Below are positions 25,166 to 28,344 of a stretch of 28,344 bases of DNA, in pieces. The stretch covers positions 1 to 28,344 of the forward strand of contig JARRLJ010000010.1 in NCBI GenBank assembly GCA_037387025.1, in the 5' to 3' direction. Position 1 is the stretch's first letter. Each line of letters begins with the position of its first letter. Made by a program: the position numbers and the translations under genes. The notes beneath the pieces were generated by a model. That model made no database searches. It worked only from the letters and a program-made list of their open reading frames with translations, and was not told the DNA's origin. Source of the stretch: Gemmatimonadales bacterium (GTDB taxonomy: Bacteria; Gemmatimonadota; Gemmatimonadetes; Gemmatimonadales; GWC2-71-9).

Positions 25166-25576
25166 ATGTCTTCAGTATTCTCACCTCTGGCCCGTGCGGT
25201 TCTCAATTCCTTCAGCGAAGGAGTTGTGGTGTTCGACCCCGAGGGCCAGGTCATGTACACCAACCATCCGGCTGAGGAAGCGATCCACAGCCTCGATGAG
25301 GAGATTTCGCGCGACGCCACGGGCCTGCTCCCGCAGCTCGCTCGTAAAGGTGCGAGGATCGCACCGATTCGAGTCGGTGGACTCAAAGTCGGAGAGGCAG
25401 TCTTCCTTCCGCTACCAGAATCAACTCGAAACACGTTGGCGGAACAGGAGCGGCAGGCGATCCTGCAGACCTTACGGGGAACTGGCTGGCGGCTGGCAGA
25501 GAGCGCGCGGCAGCTGGGAATCTCGAGAACAACTCTTTGGCGCCGCCTGAAGGAGTACGGTCTACGCGCCGCCTGA
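25166..25576 (+). CDS. PAS-like domain plus Fis-type HTH (HTH_8) protein, C-terminus altered by a tandem duplication
   Basis: VLNSFSEGVVVFDPEGQVMYTNHPAEE (PAS start) and LAEQERQAILQTL...AESARQLGISRTTLWRRLKEYGL (Fis HTH). No AAA+ domain. Confidence 0.85.
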   Translation: MSSVFSPLARAVLNSFSEGVVVFDPEGQVMYTNHPAEEAIHSLDEEISRDATGLLPQLARKGARIAPIRVGGLKVGEAVFLPLPESTRNTLAEQERQAILQTLRGTGWRLAESARQLGISRTTLWRRLKEYGLRAA

Positions 25577-25591
25577 AGGAGTACGGTCTAC
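25540..25591 (+). repeat. Exact 26-bp tandem duplication GCGCCGCCTGAAGGAGTACGGTCTAC x2
   Basis: Copies at 25540-25565 and 25566-25591. Confidence 0.97.
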
Positions 25592-25610
25592 ACCGTGACG
25601 GTCGCGGGAG

Positions 25611-27812
25611 ATGGTCGCAAGCTTCCTAGCTACGCTTTTTCTCATCACGCCGATTCAGCAGGGTGATACAGCAACTTTCAGGGATGCAGTAACGGCGGAA
25701 TTATACGCCAGGGCACGTGTGCGTCACGTCAGACAGGACTCCCTAGTAAAGGACTACCGAGCGCGCGTGCGGACACGCATGGACTTCACCGCCGGTCGAA
25801 GTCGCTTCTCCAGACAGACTGCTCTCCTCGCCCACGAAACGGTAGCGCAGGGTACCAGGCGCGCCCCCAACGACCTCATAGTCCAGGTGGAGGGGGCCAG
25901 GTCCGCATCCCCGATTCTTAGAGTGTTTGCCGGCATCAGCCCGGAGCTAGATGAAGAGCTGGATGAGGATCTGAGAGGCGATTTCAAGCAGGAGGTATGG
26001 TTTGACCGACCGTGGTTCATTCCCCGGAGCCTGGGCGACAGCATTCGCTTGATGGGGCTTCCGGAGCATGCGGCGTTGCATCCGTTAGCGGCGGCTGGCA
26101 CAGATTACTACCGGTTCAGGATCACGGATTCAGTGAGCGTCAGTTTACCGGGCCGTGAGATACATGCCGTCAAGATGCGGGTAGAACCGAAGGGGTTGGG
26201 CCCCTCGCTCGTAGCTGGGGATGTGTGGATTGATCGCGAAACTGCTGACGTCGTGCGTCTCATGGTGGTCTTCGTAGGAGAGTACTTGTGGGAGGAGCCG
26301 GATGGGACGTTGCCGAGAGACAGTGCCGAAGCGCGCAAGGGCAACGAACGAGCCGGCCGCTTCCTTAGCGTCGAGGCGGATATCGAGTATGCGCTCGTAG
26401 CACAACGATACTGGCTTCCCCAACGCCAGCTCCTGGCTATCACCGCCGAGATACCGTGGTTTGTGAATGCCACACTGCCGGCCCGGGCGGTTTCGACGTT
26501 CACTGACTACGAAGTCAACACGTCTCCAGAGGTTTCTTTCCAAGTAGCGCTTGATACGACCACGGAGGGTAGACCGCGCCCTAAGGTCAGGGTGAAGCGC
26601 ACCGGTGAGAGTGGCGAACGCAGCACGTCTCAGGAGCGATACCGCTATGGGTATCAAAGGGGTGGGAGCTGGAGTGATGGACGTTGGGAGGTCGATGTGC
26701 CGCCGGCTGACTCTCTGGCGACGTACGAGTGGGACAGCGATTTCAAGATCGATCTGCACGAGGATGAGCAAGAGAGGTTGAGGGAATCGATCGCCGGGCT
26801 GGCCGATATATCGGAACAGCTTCCGCGACAGTGGTTGGGACGACGCAACTTCCAGTTGGCCTGGGAGCAGTTCTCGGATATAGTGCGCCATAACCGGGTT
26901 CAGGGACTCTCGGTGGGAGCCGGGTTTCAAGTGCGACCCGGGCCGGCATTCACAACACTGCTGCTCACGGGCCGATTCGCTTTCGGGAACCTGGAACCAA
27001 CTGGTTCGGCGGTGTGGCGCCGCGATGGCCCAGCCGGGCGACTCGATATAAAGGCCTACTGGGATGTATCGGAGGTAGAGCCCTGGACGGGGGGATTGGG
27101 CGTCGGAAACTCACTCACTGTCGACTTGACCGGTCACGACGATGCGGATTACTTCGGAGCCGCCGGTGGTGGTTTTTCATATCGATGGAATGCCGGCGTA
27201 CTGCGCGATGTGGAATTCGCGGTCTACCTCGAGTCTCACCGTTCGATGCCTACTGAAGTGAGCGCGCCCGTTCCCGGTCTATTCGGGACCGGTACGTTGC
27301 CTCCCAACCGTTCCGTAGCCGAAGGAGAGTATCTACGTGGCAGCCTCATGCACATCGGATTCGTCGGCGTTGCGGAGTTTCGTGAGGCCGCCGAACTGCT
27401 TGCGAACCGGGAACAAGCAGCGGCTCGGTTCTGGGCCTCAGCTGCAATACCGTTCCGCGTTGTTCAGCGAACTGGGACGCTCACGCTCCGGGCGGGCGTA
27501 GTAGCAGGCGATTCGTTGCCACAGTTGGAATTCCGGCTGGGTGGTCCACAGACCGTGAGGGGCTACACCTATGGTATGAGGGTCGGTCGCCGCATGTGGT
27601 CCGTTCAACTCGACTTCGGCCTCGCCCGTTCGCACTTGGTCACGCCGGTCGTGTTTGTGGATGTCGGTGACACGTTCACCACCAAGCCGTTGATCGGCGG
27701 AGGTGTGGGTCTCTCTCTCATCAACGGACTGATACGATTCAGCCTGTCAAAGGGCTTCGCCGATCCATCTACGGACGTTCGGTTTGATCTGGCTTTCAGG
27801 ACGGCGCGGTAA
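25611..27812 (+). CDS. Outer-membrane protein with Omp85-superfamily-like C-terminal barrel and non-POTRA N-terminal domain
   Basis: Signal-peptide-like start. C-terminal amphipathic strands with FRLGGPQTVRGY (Omp85 loop-6 VRGY motif), ending RFDLAFRTAR. Confidence 0.7.
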   Translation: MVASFLATLFLITPIQQGDTATFRDAVTAELYARARVRHVRQDSLVKDYRARVRTRMDFTAGRSRFSRQTALLAHETVAQGTRRAPNDLIVQVEGARSASPILRVFAGISPELDEELDEDLRGDFKQEVWFDRPWFIPRSLGDSIRLMGLPEHAALHPLAAAGTDYYRFRITDSVSVSLPGREIHAVKMRVEPKGLGPSLVAGDVWIDRETADVVRLMVVFVGEYLWEEPDGTLPRDSAEARKGNERAGRFLSVEADIEYALVAQRYWLPQRQLLAITAEIPWFVNATLPARAVSTFTDYEVNTSPEVSFQVALDTTTEGRPRPKVRVKRTGESGERSTSQERYRYGYQRGGSWSDGRWEVDVPPADSLATYEWDSDFKIDLHEDEQERLRESIAGLADISEQLPRQWLGRRNFQLAWEQFSDIVRHNRVQGLSVGAGFQVRPGPAFTTLLLTGRFAFGNLEPTGSAVWRRDGPAGRLDIKAYWDVSEVEPWTGGLGVGNSLTVDLTGHDDADYFGAAGGGFSYRWNAGVLRDVEFAVYLESHRSMPTEVSAPVPGLFGTGTLPPNRSVAEGEYLRGSLMHIGFVGVAEFREAAELLANREQAAARFWASAAIPFRVVQRTGTLTLRAGVVAGDSLPQLEFRLGGPQTVRGYTYGMRVGRRMWSVQLDFGLARSHLVTPVVFVDVGDTFTTKPLIGGGVGLSLINGLIRFSLSKGFADPSTDVRFDLAFRTAR

Positions 27813-27971
27813 TATAGCGCTCTTCCCCACGCCCGTTGGCCGGTCTAGCTTCCTCTCGATGGGTTCCAATCCGTTCACTGTGGATGAGTGCGTCGGCTTC
27901 TCCGAAATCGTGGAGCCCGAATTGTCTTGGCCGGCAACTGCTAGACTCGTAGTGGGTGCTGTAGGTGGATC

Positions 27972-28344
27972 ATGAGATGGACGTTAGTAGTATTTCTGAT
28001 TGGAGTCGTAGCTTGCAGCGAGGAACCGGTATCTGAGGCCGAGGCCCTTCCAGTCGACCAGGAACCTGGTAGGACTCGCCGTACCTTGGAACAGCTACCT
28101 CCAATGCCGGCGTATCCTGACGCAAGCCCAGGGCAACTCGTAGTGGCTAGCGATGGAGACTTCGTTTTGGATGGGAAGAGACCGGCGGCGGCCAGCCTGT
28201 GTCCCGAACAGCGGATATTGGAACTGTATGCTGAAGACGATAGCGGGGGGACTGGGGTGATGCTGCAGTACCCCGAAGGTGACGCGGTGGGCGAATATCC
28301 AGTTCTCTTGCCCGAATCGACCTTAGTCGACGAACGATCCGCCC
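27972..28344 (+). CDS. Putative lipoprotein, 3'-partial
   Basis: AGGTGG before ATG 27972. MRWTLVVFLIGVVA-C lipobox-like signal. The frame is open to the window end. Not in the ORF track. Confidence 0.75.
   Translation, partial: MRWTLVVFLIGVVACSEEPVSEAEALPVDQEPGRTRRTLEQLPPMPAYPDASPGQLVVASDGDFVLDGKRPAAASLCPEQRILELYAEDDSGGTGVMLQYPEGDAVGEYPVLLPESTLVDERSA

Noticed and set aside
25540-25591. CRISPR-like direct repeat
   Set aside because: Two copies with no spacer and no cas genes; it is a simple tandem duplication of coding sequence.
27860-27890. tRNA T-arm-like GGGTTCCAATCC
   Set aside because: The T-stem does not pair beyond 2 bp, and no acceptor, D or anticodon arms can be built.

Overview
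This is a ~60% GC bacterial core-genome window of about 24 genes. It has no recognisable rRNA, tRNA, CRISPR array or mobile element. The gene set and protein style suggest Gemmatimonadota, but that is inference only. Recognisable genes: a frameshifted DUF1015 gene, a stand-alone HNH nuclease, a fused E1 alpha/beta 2-oxoacid dehydrogenase, a Ser/Thr kinase with a 2TM hairpin, lon, two TetR regulators and a TrmB-type regulator. Also present: an aconitase-family protein with the small (LeuD-like) domain fused in front, a DUF4015 glycoside hydrolase, an OmpA/TSP3-repeat protein, a multi-TM GAF chemoreceptor, pfkA, a DAACS symporter, an HrpA/B-like DExH helicase, a PAS-Fis mini-regulator, an Omp85-like barrel and a partial lipoprotein. 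The best hidden signal is a gene absent from the ORF track: a 76-codon SelW/Rdx-family selenoprotein (19064-19294). It has a CxxU motif (in-frame TGA) followed by a SECIS-like hairpin and lies directly upstream of pfkA. Other notable points: an apparently permuted motif Ia in the helicase, a probable CTG start, palindromic operators at the regulator genes, a GNRA-capped long hairpin, and several lesions (a frameshift, an exact 26-bp tandem duplication, two apparent internal deletions). The lesions may be assembly errors or real decay.
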